From: a bacterium
Lineage (GTDB): Bacteria > Omnitrophota > Gorgyraeia > Zapsychrales > Zapsychraceae
Length of the DNA stretch: 64,000 nt
Reading direction: 5' to 3'
Assembly: GCA_030429765.1 (NCBI GenBank)
Contig: JAUIER010000021.1
Coordinates: 1,619 to 65,618 of the forward strand
The translations under genes and the position numbers were made by a program. Within the stretch, counting starts at the first letter, position 1. Each line of letters opens with the position of its first letter. Under the pieces are notes generated by a model. That model saw only the letters and a program-made list of their open reading frames with translations. It did not search any database and was not told where the DNA came from. Below are positions 41,507 through 51,887 of this stretch, piece by piece.

Positions 41507-41653
41507 ATTGATCTCCTTTGTTAGTGGGGTGAGCTGTCGATCCATCACCCATAGCTACAGTATAGGGGGTGACTAGCCGTGTGAATATCGGTGCAGACTG
41601 AATAGAATGTAAGAATCAGAAAGATAGGATGTAGGACAATTCTGACAGTTGAA

Positions 41654-43123
41654 TTACAGGATCGGAGATACCAAACGGCACAGGGAATTACGAAGCTTGA
41701 TCGGCAGACTGAGTTGACTGAAGTCTTTCAGGGTAAATTCCGTGGAATTGTCGAGATCAATAGTGAATTGACGGTCCAATTCCTGGGTTAATTCGGTATT
41801 ATAGATGACGGCATTGATCTCATAGTTTAAGCGAAAACTGCGGATATCCAGATTGGCCGTTCCCAACGAACACATCTGACCGTCGCAGGAAAAGATCTTG
41901 GCATGGAAAAAGCCTGGTTGGTAAAAGTAGATCTTGACCCCCGCCCGGATCAGATCCTCCAGATACGAAAACGCCGCCCAATAGGTGATCCGCGGTTTAT
42001 CCGGATTGCCCGTCAACAGCAGTTTGACGTCCACACCGCGCATGGCCGCTGTCTTCAAGGCCATCACAATGCTTGGTTCGGGCACAAAGTACGGGCTACT
42101 GATGTAGACGTTTTTACGGGCGGAAGTGATCAAGGTGAAATAGGCATGCAGAATGGACGGCCATTGCGAGTCAAAACCGGACGTGGGCAGCTGCATGGCG
42201 ACCGGCGGATGATCCATGGACTGTTCAAAATCCACGGGGTAATACTTTTCATCGAAGATGTCATCATTCGACACCGTGTTATACCAATCAATGGCGAATA
42301 CCGCCTGCAAAACACTGGCCGCTTCACCCTCCACCCGCATATGGGTGTCGCGCCACGCGTCAAACTCTTTTCCGCCATCAATATACTCCTGACCGACATT
42401 CATGCCTCCGGTGTATCCGATCGTTCCGTCTATCACCGCGATCTTTCGGTGGTTACGGTAATTGATCGTGTGAATCTTAAAGTTCGACAAATAGTTGAAA
42501 AATGGATACGCCTCGATCCCGGCCTCACGCATCTCTTTGACATAATCGCCGCAAAGCGTAAACAGACTTCCCGAAAAATCATACAAGATCCGAACCTCCA
42601 CGCCCGCGCGAACTTTCTCCAGCAGAATCTCCTTGAGTTCCTGCCCCAAGGCGTCGTCAGAATACCAGATGAAATACTCCAGATGAATGAAACGCTTGGC
42701 TGCCCGAAGATCCTTTTTCAGGGCATCAAATTTGTCCGCCCCTTGATGAAAAAATTGCACCCGGTTTTCTGTTGTAAGGTAGGAATGGGAATTATTCTTG
42801 AGCAGCTCGACCAGCTTGGCTTCGATAAAATGGTCTTTGAGCTGCACCCGTTCGGCCTTTGATTCCGACAGATCTCTTAACGGGAGAAAGATCTGCAATA
42901 ATTGCTTGGCGACCGCTTGCGGAAGGCGTGACTTGTTGTCATAGGCGCGTCGCCAATTGCGACCGACAATGAGATACAAGGCGAACCCAAAACCCGGCAT
43001 CAAGATAAAAATCAAAATCCACGCAAATGTCTCCGTGGGTTCTCGATTATCGAGCAGCAACACGATAACGGTAGCGATTAAATATATCTGAAAGATCAGC
43101 AGCAGGAGCGTAATAAGACCCAT
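41654..43123 (-). CDS. cls: cardiolipin synthase
   Basis: Two N-terminal TM; two HKD motifs (NHRKIAVID, FHAKIFSCD). Confidence 0.95.
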   Translation of the reverse strand: MGLITLLLLIFQIYLIATVIVLLLDNREPTETFAWILIFILMPGFGFALYLIVGRNWRRAYDNKSRLPQAVAKQLLQIFLPLRDLSESKAERVQLKDHFIEAKLVELLKNNSHSYLTTENRVQFFHQGADKFDALKKDLRAAKRFIHLEYFIWYSDDALGQELKEILLEKVRAGVEVRILYDFSGSLFTLCGDYVKEMREAGIEAYPFFNYLSNFKIHTINYRNHRKIAVIDGTIGYTGGMNVGQEYIDGGKEFDAWRDTHMRVEGEAASVLQAVFAIDWYNTVSNDDIFDEKYYPVDFEQSMDHPPVAMQLPTSGFDSQWPSILHAYFTLITSARKNVYISSPYFVPEPSIVMALKTAAMRGVDVKLLLTGNPDKPRITYWAAFSYLEDLIRAGVKIYFYQPGFFHAKIFSCDGQMCSLGTANLDIRSFRLNYEINAVIYNTELTQELDRQFTIDLDNSTEFTLKDFSQLSLPIKLRNSLCRLVSPIL

Positions 43124-43926
43124 TAGGCATCACTCCAGGTAAACTCACAAACCACCGGTAGATGATCTGAGCTCCAAACAGTCTGACGATTGCGGGCAAC
43201 CTCCACCGAACGTGGACGCAGACGCCCCTTGTAGCATATATGATCCAGCTGTTGGCTTGGGCAGGCAGACAGATACGTGTTCATGTTCTTATTCCCGTGG
43301 TTCGAATCATTGACCACCTCGAATCGTTTTTTGAGCGCCGACAGCTCCGGCGAATCGATGCCGGCATTGAGATCACCGACCAACACGACATCCTCATTCG
43401 ATGCTATATCTCCCATCCATCCGGGACCGAGCAGATCATTCACCTGCTCCATTCGTTCGTGATGGCGTAATCCCAGGTGCGTATTGATCACATTTAAGCC
43501 ACCCTGTTGCGTCTCACACCGCATCCAAATGGCCTCGCGCGGTTCACATAAAAACGCGAACATCGGCAGCCGGCCCAACCATGCCGGGCGTAGCGGCGAC
43601 GAGGCGAGTTCCTGAGACCTAATAATCTCAAACGGCAGCCGACTGAGCAAGGCAATGCCGTATTGATCCTGCGGATTATCGAGGGCGGATTGAAAATGAT
43701 ATTTGTAGCCCAGCTCCTCAGCGATGACCTGCGGTTGATTGTGACGCCTCGATCCCTCCTTACCGATCAGGACTTCCTGCAGGGCCACAATATCCGGATC
43801 CTGCTGCCGGATGACCCGCGCGATGCGCTCTGGGTCCGTCCGAAAGTCCAATCCCCGGCAACTATGGACATTGTACGTCATGATCCGAACAGATGTCTTT
43901 GAATGGCCCGTTGAGTTCGTCATCAC
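43123..43926 (-). CDS. endonuclease/exonuclease/phosphatase family protein
   Basis: TYNVH, LQEV, THL, GDLN, LDHI, SDHLP. Confidence 0.92.
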   Translation of the reverse strand: MMTNSTGHSKTSVRIMTYNVHSCRGLDFRTDPERIARVIRQQDPDIVALQEVLIGKEGSRRHNQPQVIAEELGYKYHFQSALDNPQDQYGIALLSRLPFEIIRSQELASSPLRPAWLGRLPMFAFLCEPREAIWMRCETQQGGLNVINTHLGLRHHERMEQVNDLLGPGWMGDIASNEDVVLVGDLNAGIDSPELSALKKRFEVVNDSNHGNKNMNTYLSACPSQQLDHICYKGRLRPRSVEVARNRQTVWSSDHLPVVCEFTWSDA

Positions 43927-43931
43927 TCACC

Positions 43932-44564
43932 TTACCCGATCAGTTTATTTTTAACCGCGTAGATGGCCAGTTCCGCATTGCTGTTGAGATTCATCTTTTC
44001 CAGGATGCGTGAGCGGTAGGTGCTGATCGTCTTGACACTCAACGACATTTCATGCGCGATATCCGAAACGCTTTGACCGGTGGCCAGTTTACGAAACACA
44101 TCAAATTCACGGTCCGAGAGCGTCTCATGCGGCATCTCATCCACATCGCTATCCAGTAACATTGCCATATTCTCCGCCAGCGATTCGCTTACATACTTGC
44201 GGCCGGCGGCCACCTTCCGGACCGCCTCGACCAATTCTTCACCCTTGGCTGTTTTACTGACATAGCCTGACGCCCCTGATTTGAGCGCCCGCACCGCGTA
44301 GTCTTCTTCGGGATGCATGCTGACCATCAGCACCGCCTGATCGGCCTTGAGTTTTTTGATATCCTGTAATACATCAAGCCCGCTTCGTCCGGGCATTGAA
44401 ATGTCAAGAATGACAACGTCAAATGTCTCGTTCCGAAGCAACTCAAGCGCCTCACGTCCGTCATTGGCCTCGCCCGACACCCGGCAGTCGCCCTGATCCT
44501 CGAGCACTTCTTTGAGCCCTTTACGGACTATCGGAAAATCGTCAGCGATCAAAACTGTTATCAT
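43932..44564 (-). CDS. NarL/UvrY-family response regulator
   Basis: ADD..IVR.G, LDISMP, LuxR HTH LSVKTISTYR. Confidence 0.95.
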   Translation of the reverse strand: MITVLIADDFPIVRKGLKEVLEDQGDCRVSGEANDGREALELLRNETFDVVILDISMPGRSGLDVLQDIKKLKADQAVLMVSMHPEEDYAVRALKSGASGYVSKTAKGEELVEAVRKVAAGRKYVSESLAENMAMLLDSDVDEMPHETLSDREFDVFRKLATGQSVSDIAHEMSLSVKTISTYRSRILEKMNLNSNAELAIYAVKNKLIG

Positions 44565-44567
44565 GAA

Positions 44568-46259
44568 TTATCCTTTCTCTCGATTTAAAGGCAGCGTGAC
44601 CTTGACCTGCGTGCCCCGCCCCTGGATCCCCTGAATTTGGATAGTGCCCCCGAACATCTCCGCGCGCTCCTTCATCCCCATCAGTCCAAATGAATTCGAC
44701 GCCTTGAGATTGGCCTCCGCGATACCGATGCCGTTGTCATGCACCTTCAGCATAATATGATCCTCGAGGCACGATACGCTGATGTCCGCCCGGGTCGCCT
44801 CGGCGTGCCGGGCGATATTGGTCAGGCACTCCTGAAAAATCCTGAATAGCGCCGTGCCCACCTCACCGGGGAGATCAATGTGATCCCGATCAATGTCGAT
44901 CATACAACGGACACCCGATCGTTTTTCAAATTCTTTGGCCTGCCAATTGATTGCTTCCAATACGCCCAGGTCATCCAGTATGCTCGGCCGCAGCTGGGCC
45001 ACCAGACGCTGGACGGATGATATGGTATTATCAATCAGTTGCCGGGTTTCCTCAATACGCTTCTTAAATTTATCGTCGGCGTCCTGTCCCGCATGCGATT
45101 CAAACCAGCTGACATCCATCTTGATCGCGGTCAGCAATTGCCCCAATTCATCATGGATCTCACGCGCCATGGTCGCCCGTTCCTGCTCACGGATTGTTGT
45201 CATATGCGCCCCGAGTGTCTTGAGACGTTGCTGCGAATCGCGCAGGTCATTCTCAATCTGGGCCTGCTCAATGATTTCGAGTTCTAACTGCCGGTTGTGT
45301 TCATCGAGTTGACGGGTCTGATCGGCGATCTGTCCTTCCAGGTCTTCATTGGACTGCTCGGAGTGACGCAGACGCTGCTCATATTTTCTCGCCGAGTCCA
45401 TCAGCTTGTCCAGACGCTCACGCTGCTCGGAGAGTTCCCGGGTGCTGTCGTAAATTTTCTCTTCCAGGGCCCGGCTTTCAACGGATTTGCTGTGAATCTG
45501 GTCCTGCAGCTCACGCAGCTTCCGATTTTTACGTTCCTCCTGCTCCACTTGCTCCGTGATATCCCTGGAAATCGTGGACGCGCCGATAATTTTTCCGCCC
45601 AGGGTTCGAATCGGTGACAGATTCAAGGCCACATGGATCAAGCGGCCGTCCTTGTGCTCTCTGACCGTTTCTAAATTAGTGATCGTTTCATCTTTGCGTA
45701 GACGTCCGAGGATCTCAGGAAATTGTGATTTCAAATATTCAGGAAAGACCGTCTTGATTGATCGGCCGCGCATTTCATCCGCAGTGTATCCATAGAGCCT
45801 CTCGGCGCCCTTATTCCAATAAATGACCCGTCCCGACAAGTCCTTGGCAATAATCGAATCAGCAGCGGATTCCACCATCGAGGCCAGAATCCATACCTGA
45901 CGCTGTGTCTGTTTGAATTTTATCCCCACAATCACAATCGTCCAAATCCCCACGATCACCAGCATCCGATTCACGATACCGGTACTCCAATCACCGGAGT
46001 CAACGGAATAAAAAATTCCGACGGTCGTCAGAACCGATGTCAGGACCGCAAAAAAGACAACCGGTTTAAGGCGGTCCGATAGCAAGGCCAGAAAGATAAC
46101 GATTAAATAGAGTAGCGGGGTGTTGACTCCGATCGGGGTGAGATGGTCAACATAAAGAATAATACCGGAAAGAATACATCCAAGGGTGGTGATGCGGATT
46201 TCTGTGAGTTTGATATGCCGTTGCAAATGCCTTCCTTCCGTATGTATTGTAGACGACAT
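44568..46259 (-). CDS. PAS-domain sensor histidine kinase (HisKA_3)
   Basis: TM sensor, PAS (WNKGAE.LYGY), AREIHDELGQ, QECLTNIARH, DNGIG, GLMGMKER. Confidence 0.95.
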   Translation of the reverse strand: MSSTIHTEGRHLQRHIKLTEIRITTLGCILSGIILYVDHLTPIGVNTPLLYLIVIFLALLSDRLKPVVFFAVLTSVLTTVGIFYSVDSGDWSTGIVNRMLVIVGIWTIVIVGIKFKQTQRQVWILASMVESAADSIIAKDLSGRVIYWNKGAERLYGYTADEMRGRSIKTVFPEYLKSQFPEILGRLRKDETITNLETVREHKDGRLIHVALNLSPIRTLGGKIIGASTISRDITEQVEQEERKNRKLRELQDQIHSKSVESRALEEKIYDSTRELSEQRERLDKLMDSARKYEQRLRHSEQSNEDLEGQIADQTRQLDEHNRQLELEIIEQAQIENDLRDSQQRLKTLGAHMTTIREQERATMAREIHDELGQLLTAIKMDVSWFESHAGQDADDKFKKRIEETRQLIDNTISSVQRLVAQLRPSILDDLGVLEAINWQAKEFEKRSGVRCMIDIDRDHIDLPGEVGTALFRIFQECLTNIARHAEATRADISVSCLEDHIMLKVHDNGIGIAEANLKASNSFGLMGMKERAEMFGGTIQIQGIQGRGTQVKVTLPLNREKG

Positions 46260-46320
46260 GTATTGTACATGGTATCGGGCGGCTCACAAACTCATTTTTA
46301 GCCGCCTGCTCATGGCGGAC

Positions 46321-47271
46321 CTAGAACAGCGGCTGATACATTCCGTAGCCTTCGGCCTCTAAGCGATCCTGCGGAATGAACTTTAACGCGGCGGAGTTGA
46401 TGCAGTAGCGCAGTCCGGTCGGCGCCGGACCGTCGGGAAACACATGCCCCAGATGCGAATCGCCGTACTTGCTGCGCACCTCCACGCGGGTCATCCCATG
46501 GGAGGTGTCTTTGACCTCGACGACATGATCGGCTTCCAGCGGCCGGGTGAAACTCGGCCAACCGGTTCCCGAACGGAATTTATCCGTGGAACTAAACAAC
46601 GGCTCACCGGAAACCACATCGACGTAGATGCCCGGTTTCTTATTGTCCCAGTATTCATTGCGAAAAGGCGGCTCGGTTCCGTCTTTCTGCGTGACGTAAA
46701 ACTGCATTTCCGTCAGACGCTCTTTGAGCTGCCGTTCATCCATGCGTTCGCGCTGTTTGCGGTAAAAGTTTTGATGATGCGCCTCCGCCGGATAAAAGCG
46801 CTGCGCGGCCCGGATCTCGGTGGACACCTTCTTGGCCGGATGTTTGGATTGAAGGCGATCTCTGGACTGTTGCGCGATCTGGATTTGATCGGCTGTTGTT
46901 GCGTAGATCACTGAACGGTACTGATAACCGCTCCGGCCTTTCTCGAATGCTTGATGGGGATCGATCTCATCCCAGTAGACGTTGAGCAGGTCCACGTACT
47001 TTAACTGATTGGGATCATAGCTGACCTTAACGGCCTCGACATGATCGGTTTTACCGCTGGTGAGATCTTTGTAGGTGGGATTGGGTTGACGTCCGCCGGT
47101 GTATCCAGAGACAACCTCCGTGACCCCCGTCATCTGTTCAAATTGGTCCTCCAGACACCAGAAACAACCCCCGGCAAATATGGCCTCGACGGAATCCTCC
47201 GCATCAACTGCAGTGCCCGCCGCTCCACCGATCAGTGCGACAAATAAAAGGGAAAATAGAATGGATTTCAT
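46321..47271 (-). CDS. msrAB: fused peptide-methionine sulfoxide reductase MsrA/MsrB with signal peptide
   Basis: AGGCFWC, FYPAE.HHQ; [28 protein letters not shown]. Confidence 0.95.
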   Translation of the reverse strand: MKSILFSLLFVALIGGAAGTAVDAEDSVEAIFAGGCFWCLEDQFEQMTGVTEVVSGYTGGRQPNPTYKDLTSGKTDHVEAVKVSYDPNQLKYVDLLNVYWDEIDPHQAFEKGRSGYQYRSVIYATTADQIQIAQQSRDRLQSKHPAKKVSTEIRAAQRFYPAEAHHQNFYRKQRERMDERQLKERLTEMQFYVTQKDGTEPPFRNEYWDNKKPGIYVDVVSGEPLFSSTDKFRSGTGWPSFTRPLEADHVVEVKDTSHGMTRVEVRSKYGDSHLGHVFPDGPAPTGLRYCINSAALKFIPQDRLEAEGYGMYQPLF

Positions 47272-47334
47272 GTAAGGTCCTTGGCTGACAGATTGACGGT
47301 TGTAATTTCCCCTGCAACAATCCGCGGCCGCGGC

Positions 47335-48585
47335 TTATTCATGTGAGGAAGACCGGGCCAAATGCTGCCAGTCGGCCCCGCTGGGATTCTGAAAGACGCG
47401 TAGATCAAACTCGCCGATCACCGCCAGCATGTGATCAAAGATGTCGGCCTGAATGCCTTCGTAATTCACCCAGTTCTGGTCCTTGGAAAATACATAGATC
47501 TCGATGGGCAGTCCATTCGCGTTCGGCGCCAGATGCCGCACCAGAAAGGTCATCTTGTCATGGATCATCGGATGATGTTTGAGATAACTGATCATGTACG
47601 CGCGGAACGTCCCGACATTGGTCAGCCGCCGTCCGCTCAACACGTCTTCCGGCCGCACATTGTTGGTGTCGTTGTGGGTCTGCACGTCCTTGACCTTTTG
47701 CTCCAGGTATTCCTTGAGATAATCGAATGTCATCAATTTTTGAAGCATCGCATCATCCAGAAAACGGATCGAGTTCATATCGATATTCAGTGAGCGCTTG
47801 ATGCGCCTTCCGCCGGACTCGGACATCCCCTTCCAGTTTTTAAACGAATCCGTGATCAGCGCGTAAGTCGGAATCGTCGTGATGGTCTTGTCCCAGTTCT
47901 GCACCATGACCGTCGTCAGAGTGACATCGATCACATCACCGTCCGCCCCGTAGTTGGGCATTTCAATCCAGTCACCCACCGCCACCATGTTATTGGCCGA
48001 GAGCTGGACCCCCGCCACCAGCCCCAGCAAGGCATCCTTGAACACCAACATCAAAACCGCCGTCAATCCCCCGAAGATACTCAGAAAACCCCACGGCGAA
48101 CGGTCCATTAACGTCGCGACCACAAAAAGTCCGGTGAAGAAATACACAATGATCTTGATCACCTGAATGTAGCTTTTGATCGGTTTGCGGCGCGAGACTT
48201 CGTAGCGTTTGTAGATCGTCAACAGCGCGTCAAGGATTGCGTTGATCACCAGACAGGCCACGATGATCATGTATGTGTTGGCCAATCGATGAATCGCGGT
48301 GTCCACAGTCTCGGACGTGGCAAACCACGTCGGGGCGATAAAGTAGATCAGCATCGCCGGCACAAAATGCGACAGGTTATGAAAGACATCCTTCTGGACC
48401 AGGATATCGTCCCATTTGTTGTCGGTCTTGGCGGCAAACCGCTTGATAAACTCAACGATAATCCGTTTGGCAATGATGTTGGAGACGATACACAGGACGA
48501 TCAGCACGATCAGTTTGATCGTTATGGCCAGGAGCGGCACGTAGGTTGACGGGACTCCCCAGGACGACAGAAAATTTTGGATCAT
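47335..48585 (-). CDS. miniconductance mechanosensitive channel (YbdG/MscM-like)
   Basis: GDWIEMP, VQNWDKTITTIP, GGRRIKRS, TNVGTFRAY, QADIFDH. Confidence 0.92.
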   Translation of the reverse strand: MIQNFLSSWGVPSTYVPLLAITIKLIVLIVLCIVSNIIAKRIIVEFIKRFAAKTDNKWDDILVQKDVFHNLSHFVPAMLIYFIAPTWFATSETVDTAIHRLANTYMIIVACLVINAILDALLTIYKRYEVSRRKPIKSYIQVIKIIVYFFTGLFVVATLMDRSPWGFLSIFGGLTAVLMLVFKDALLGLVAGVQLSANNMVAVGDWIEMPNYGADGDVIDVTLTTVMVQNWDKTITTIPTYALITDSFKNWKGMSESGGRRIKRSLNIDMNSIRFLDDAMLQKLMTFDYLKEYLEQKVKDVQTHNDTNNVRPEDVLSGRRLTNVGTFRAYMISYLKHHPMIHDKMTFLVRHLAPNANGLPIEIYVFSKDQNWVNYEGIQADIFDHMLAVIGEFDLRVFQNPSGADWQHLARSSSHE

Positions 48586-48669
48586 GGTGGTGACCTTTCA
48601 GCTTGGATTTTTATGGATGCCTCGATTTTACAGCAAATCCGCGGGAGGGTAAAGACCGACCGTCAAAAT

Positions 48670-49560
48670 TTAACCTTCGGCCGGAACCAGATCGGCTAAT
48701 TGGCGCACGGCGTCTGCCTGCCGGATCTGCTGGGCGATGGACTGCAATGGCTCGATGCGGGCGGTGCGGGATTTGTAGACCAGTCCGATCTCCCGGCTAA
48801 AACGTTTGGGTAGCGGATGATAGTCCAGTCCGTCATTGTCGCGCCGGGCCAGCGCCGGCATCAAGGTAATGTCCGCGCTCGTGGCGACCATCAGCCGGAT
48901 GGTCTCCAGGCTGGTGGCCCGGACCACACGGTTCAAACGATTGGGATTCAGTTGACAAAGATTGATGGTCTGTTCGGACATGCAATGCTCCGCTGACAGA
49001 ATTAAAAAGCGCGATTCCTCGGGAGGCGTCAATTTGTCCAGGTTCATCCGCTCGACCACCGGATTGTCCCTGGCGCACGCCAGATAGAACGGTTCAGTGA
49101 ACAGACGCGCCGCGCTCAGCACCGATACCTTTACCGGTAACGCCAGGATCGCGGCATCAATCCGCTCATCCATCAAACTGCGCAGCAATTCTTCAGTCGT
49201 AGATTCCTCGAGGTCCACACCTTCAACGTTCATCAGGATCGGAAAGATGTACGGCGCGACCGTGGCGATTGCCCCGATTCGCACCGGTGTGACATCGGGA
49301 GTATCAGGCGGCTCGGCCGCGTGACGGATCTGATCCACTTCCTGCATGATCGTTTCCAGATGCCGCAGGATTTTCAGGCCGTAGGGAGACAGTCGCACAC
49401 CGCGCTGATCACGGATAAAGATCGGATGGCCCAGCTCTCGCTCGACCTTTTTGATCTGGATACTTAAGGAAGGTTGACTAACATGACATATCTCCGCCGC
49501 CCGGGCAAAGCTGCCGCTGTCGACCGCGGCCAAGATGTACTCGATATCGCGCAGATTCAT
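48670..49560 (-). CDS. oxyR: OxyR-like LysR regulator
   Basis: LysR HTH (SQPSLS.QIKK.E); HC-x8-C pair (HCMSEQTINLC); ATSLETIR.MV. Confidence 0.8.
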   Translation of the reverse strand: MNLRDIEYILAAVDSGSFARAAEICHVSQPSLSIQIKKVERELGHPIFIRDQRGVRLSPYGLKILRHLETIMQEVDQIRHAAEPPDTPDVTPVRIGAIATVAPYIFPILMNVEGVDLEESTTEELLRSLMDERIDAAILALPVKVSVLSAARLFTEPFYLACARDNPVVERMNLDKLTPPEESRFLILSAEHCMSEQTINLCQLNPNRLNRVVRATSLETIRLMVATSADITLMPALARRDNDGLDYHPLPKRFSREIGLVYKSRTARIEPLQSIAQQIRQADAVRQLADLVPAEG

Positions 49561-50315
49561 GATGGGTCTTGAGGATCTTCCGCCCCCAGGGTGAAACCTT
49601 TTTGGCGCATGGTCTCCCGCAGACGTTCATACCACCAGCCGTAACCAGGGCCGCTCGGGTGAATATGATCGGGCGCGTAATATTTGTCCGCCTCCAGAAG
49701 GAACAGATCTTCCGAGCGTTCCCGGAACAGATCGATATAACCGACCCCTTTAGCGGCGGCCACTTCCATGTAGATATCCCGCACGCGCTCGGTCCGGTGT
49801 GTGTAGAAATCACTGATCGGCCGGATAAACAACGGGGCCCCGCCGACGTTTCCTGAATGCAGCATCACAATCTGATCGCTGAGCATCCGGGCGCGGGCCA
49901 CCACCCGTTCAATCCCCTGACGAATGGCGGCATAGTCCGTCAGGTACAGAATATCGTTCCCCCCGATCTGTATCACCACCAGGTCATAACGTCGCTGGCC
50001 TGACGCTGTAAAGGCATCAAGCAGATCAGCGATCTTGCGTCCGTTCTTACTGTTATTTTCAATATGCGCGGCGGGAAAATCGGCACCCAAACGGCCGGCA
50101 ATGCTTTGTTCATCGCTTTCAGCCCCTGTCCCCACTCCTGTGCTGTCGCCGAGAATCAGGATGCGAATCTCCGCCGATTCATCCACCCGTTCAAAGGGTT
50201 GAAGTTTCGCGTAAGACTGGCCAAGCCGGTACTGGAGAATGATCAGTTGGCAAGCGGCGATCACCAGCACAACGGCCAGTGTGAGTACGGCAGATATTTT
50301 TAGAAACAACTTCAT
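49557..50315 (-). CDS. SGNH/GDSL hydrolase
   Basis: GDSTG.G, GGND, DHIHP. Confidence 0.9.
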   Translation of the reverse strand: MKLFLKISAVLTLAVVLVIAACQLIILQYRLGQSYAKLQPFERVDESAEIRILILGDSTGVGTGAESDEQSIAGRLGADFPAAHIENNSKNGRKIADLLDAFTASGQRRYDLVVIQIGGNDILYLTDYAAIRQGIERVVARARMLSDQIVMLHSGNVGGAPLFIRPISDFYTHRTERVRDIYMEVAAAKGVGYIDLFRERSEDLFLLEADKYYAPDHIHPSGPGYGWWYERLRETMRQKGFTLGAEDPQDPS

Positions 50316-50368
50316 AGGTCTATCGGATGATCGTCCGGGTTTGCGCCCCGGACGGCTATCAATCTAGG

Positions 50369-50836
50369 CTAGCTATTCTTAAAATCACGAATCAACGACA
50401 ATACGACCACCCCGACGACGATCAGGCAAAAGACAATGAAACCGTATAGGTAATGCGCCTGCACCGGCGTGCGGACAATAATCGCCTCGCTGGCATTGGC
50501 CGGATTATAGTAGGCGGTGAATGTCCGTCCTTGTGGATATTCGTTGAGATCGACAAAGATCTCCCGCGACACTGAATTGGTGCGGTACACCTGGTCGTCG
50601 ACCTGATATTCATAATTCAGGGTCTGTTCAATGCCCTGCTGTACCCGGTCCCGGTCTTTTTTGGTATCGAGCGTCAAATCGGGATCCAGCACCGTGGCCT
50701 CCACCGCGATCCAGCCTTCCTCCACAAAGCCCTGATTGATCCCCTGCCAGCAGATATGAATGAAATAAAACGTCACGCTCAATACAATCGCCGCGGTAAT
50801 CAGCGACTGCACCGGCAACTTTCGAGATTTCGACAT
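50369..50836 (-). CDS. DUF3592-like membrane protein
   Basis: TM, W...A.V, YEYQV, YYNPANASEA, TM. Confidence 0.7.
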   Translation of the reverse strand: MSKSRKLPVQSLITAAIVLSVTFYFIHICWQGINQGFVEEGWIAVEATVLDPDLTLDTKKDRDRVQQGIEQTLNYEYQVDDQVYRTNSVSREIFVDLNEYPQGRTFTAYYNPANASEAIIVRTPVQAHYLYGFIVFCLIVVGVVVLSLIRDFKNS

Positions 50837-51108
50837 GCCCCTATACTAGCGGATAACAGGCGGGAATGTAAGTATTTTTTAGAGTGATAGGCGATCTGGA
50901 GACCAATCCTACTTGCGGCTTGGTGCATCCAAAATCGCACCGGCCGGGTATCTTCAGCCGCGAAACGGGAATGTCAGACTTCAAACTAGATCTGTTCTTA
51001 AAAAGGAAATGAATCGTCCTTATTCCACGTTCCGCCAGATAATTGTTGCTACTTTGCGGATACAATGCTATATTCTTACTGGTAAGATTTTCGAAAAGGA
51101 GGTTTTTC

Positions 51109-51372
51109 ATGATTAAGTTCTCAACTACTAAACTAACGTCTAAGGGGCAAGTAGTCATCCCGGAAGATATCCGTGAACGGCTCGGCCTGAATCCGGGAAC
51201 CCAGTTCATCGTGATGGAGCAGGACGATGCCATTATTTTCAAGATCATCTCTCCCCCGGCCAAAAGTGAGTTGACCAAACTTCTAAAAAATGCCAGAAAG
51301 CAGGCTCGTCAGGCCGGCCTCAAGTCCTCTGACATTGATAAGGCCGTAAAAAAAGTCCGCGCCAAGAGATGA
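51109..51372 (+). CDS. AbrB/MazE/SpoVT family antitoxin
   Basis: AGGAGG RBS; SKGQVVIP..IRE.LGL.PG; ATGA overlap with the PIN gene. Confidence 0.9.
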   Translation: MIKFSTTKLTSKGQVVIPEDIRERLGLNPGTQFIVMEQDDAIIFKIISPPAKSELTKLLKNARKQARQAGLKSSDIDKAVKKVRAKR

Positions 51373-51776
51373 ATGTCATTTTGGATACCAACGTTTTCGT
51401 GTCCGGACTGTTTTTTAAGTCCGGCCCACCTGGCAAGATTATGGATGCCCTCATTGCTGAAAGATTTAAATTGATTATCTCCCCTCCAATCTTCGCCGAA
51501 TACCTTCGAACAGTAGCTGCGTTGAACGCAGATTACCCACAGATAAATACAGAAGCCCTTTTAGATATAGTATTTCTTAAATCTATTCTGTACGAACCGA
51601 TGGAATTATCCGAACCAGTCACTGCCGACCCCAAAGATGACATGTTTATTGCCTGCGCTTTAGCCAGTAAATGCGGATTGATCGTCAGCGGCGATAAACA
51701 TCTTCTCAATGTTTCTGGACATCAGGGCATCAAGGTTTTAAAACCACGCCAGTTCTACGATGAACATCTGAGTTAG
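51369..51776 (+). CDS. PIN-domain putative toxin
   Basis: LDTNVFVS, DPKDDMFI.CA, IVSGDKHLL. Confidence 0.92.
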   Translation: MNVILDTNVFVSGLFFKSGPPGKIMDALIAERFKLIISPPIFAEYLRTVAALNADYPQINTEALLDIVFLKSILYEPMELSEPVTADPKDDMFIACALASKCGLIVSGDKHLLNVSGHQGIKVLKPRQFYDEHLS

Positions 51777-51887
51777 TCCTCCCATATCGATTTTTAAATT
51801 CTATGATGGTAAGTATTGTGTCGAGCTTTGAGCGCACATTCCTGCCAATGATATAATTCTTATAAACTCATTCACAGGAGTGACCCC

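Noticed and set aside
41903-42862. 319-aa antisense ORF within cls (similar ones at 34104 and 39447)
   Set aside because: Antisense to well-conserved genes, no motifs; expected from codon bias.
50332-50354. GC-rich hairpin between the DUF3592-like and SGNH genes
   Set aside because: No U-tract and only one copy; cannot be called a terminator or REP.
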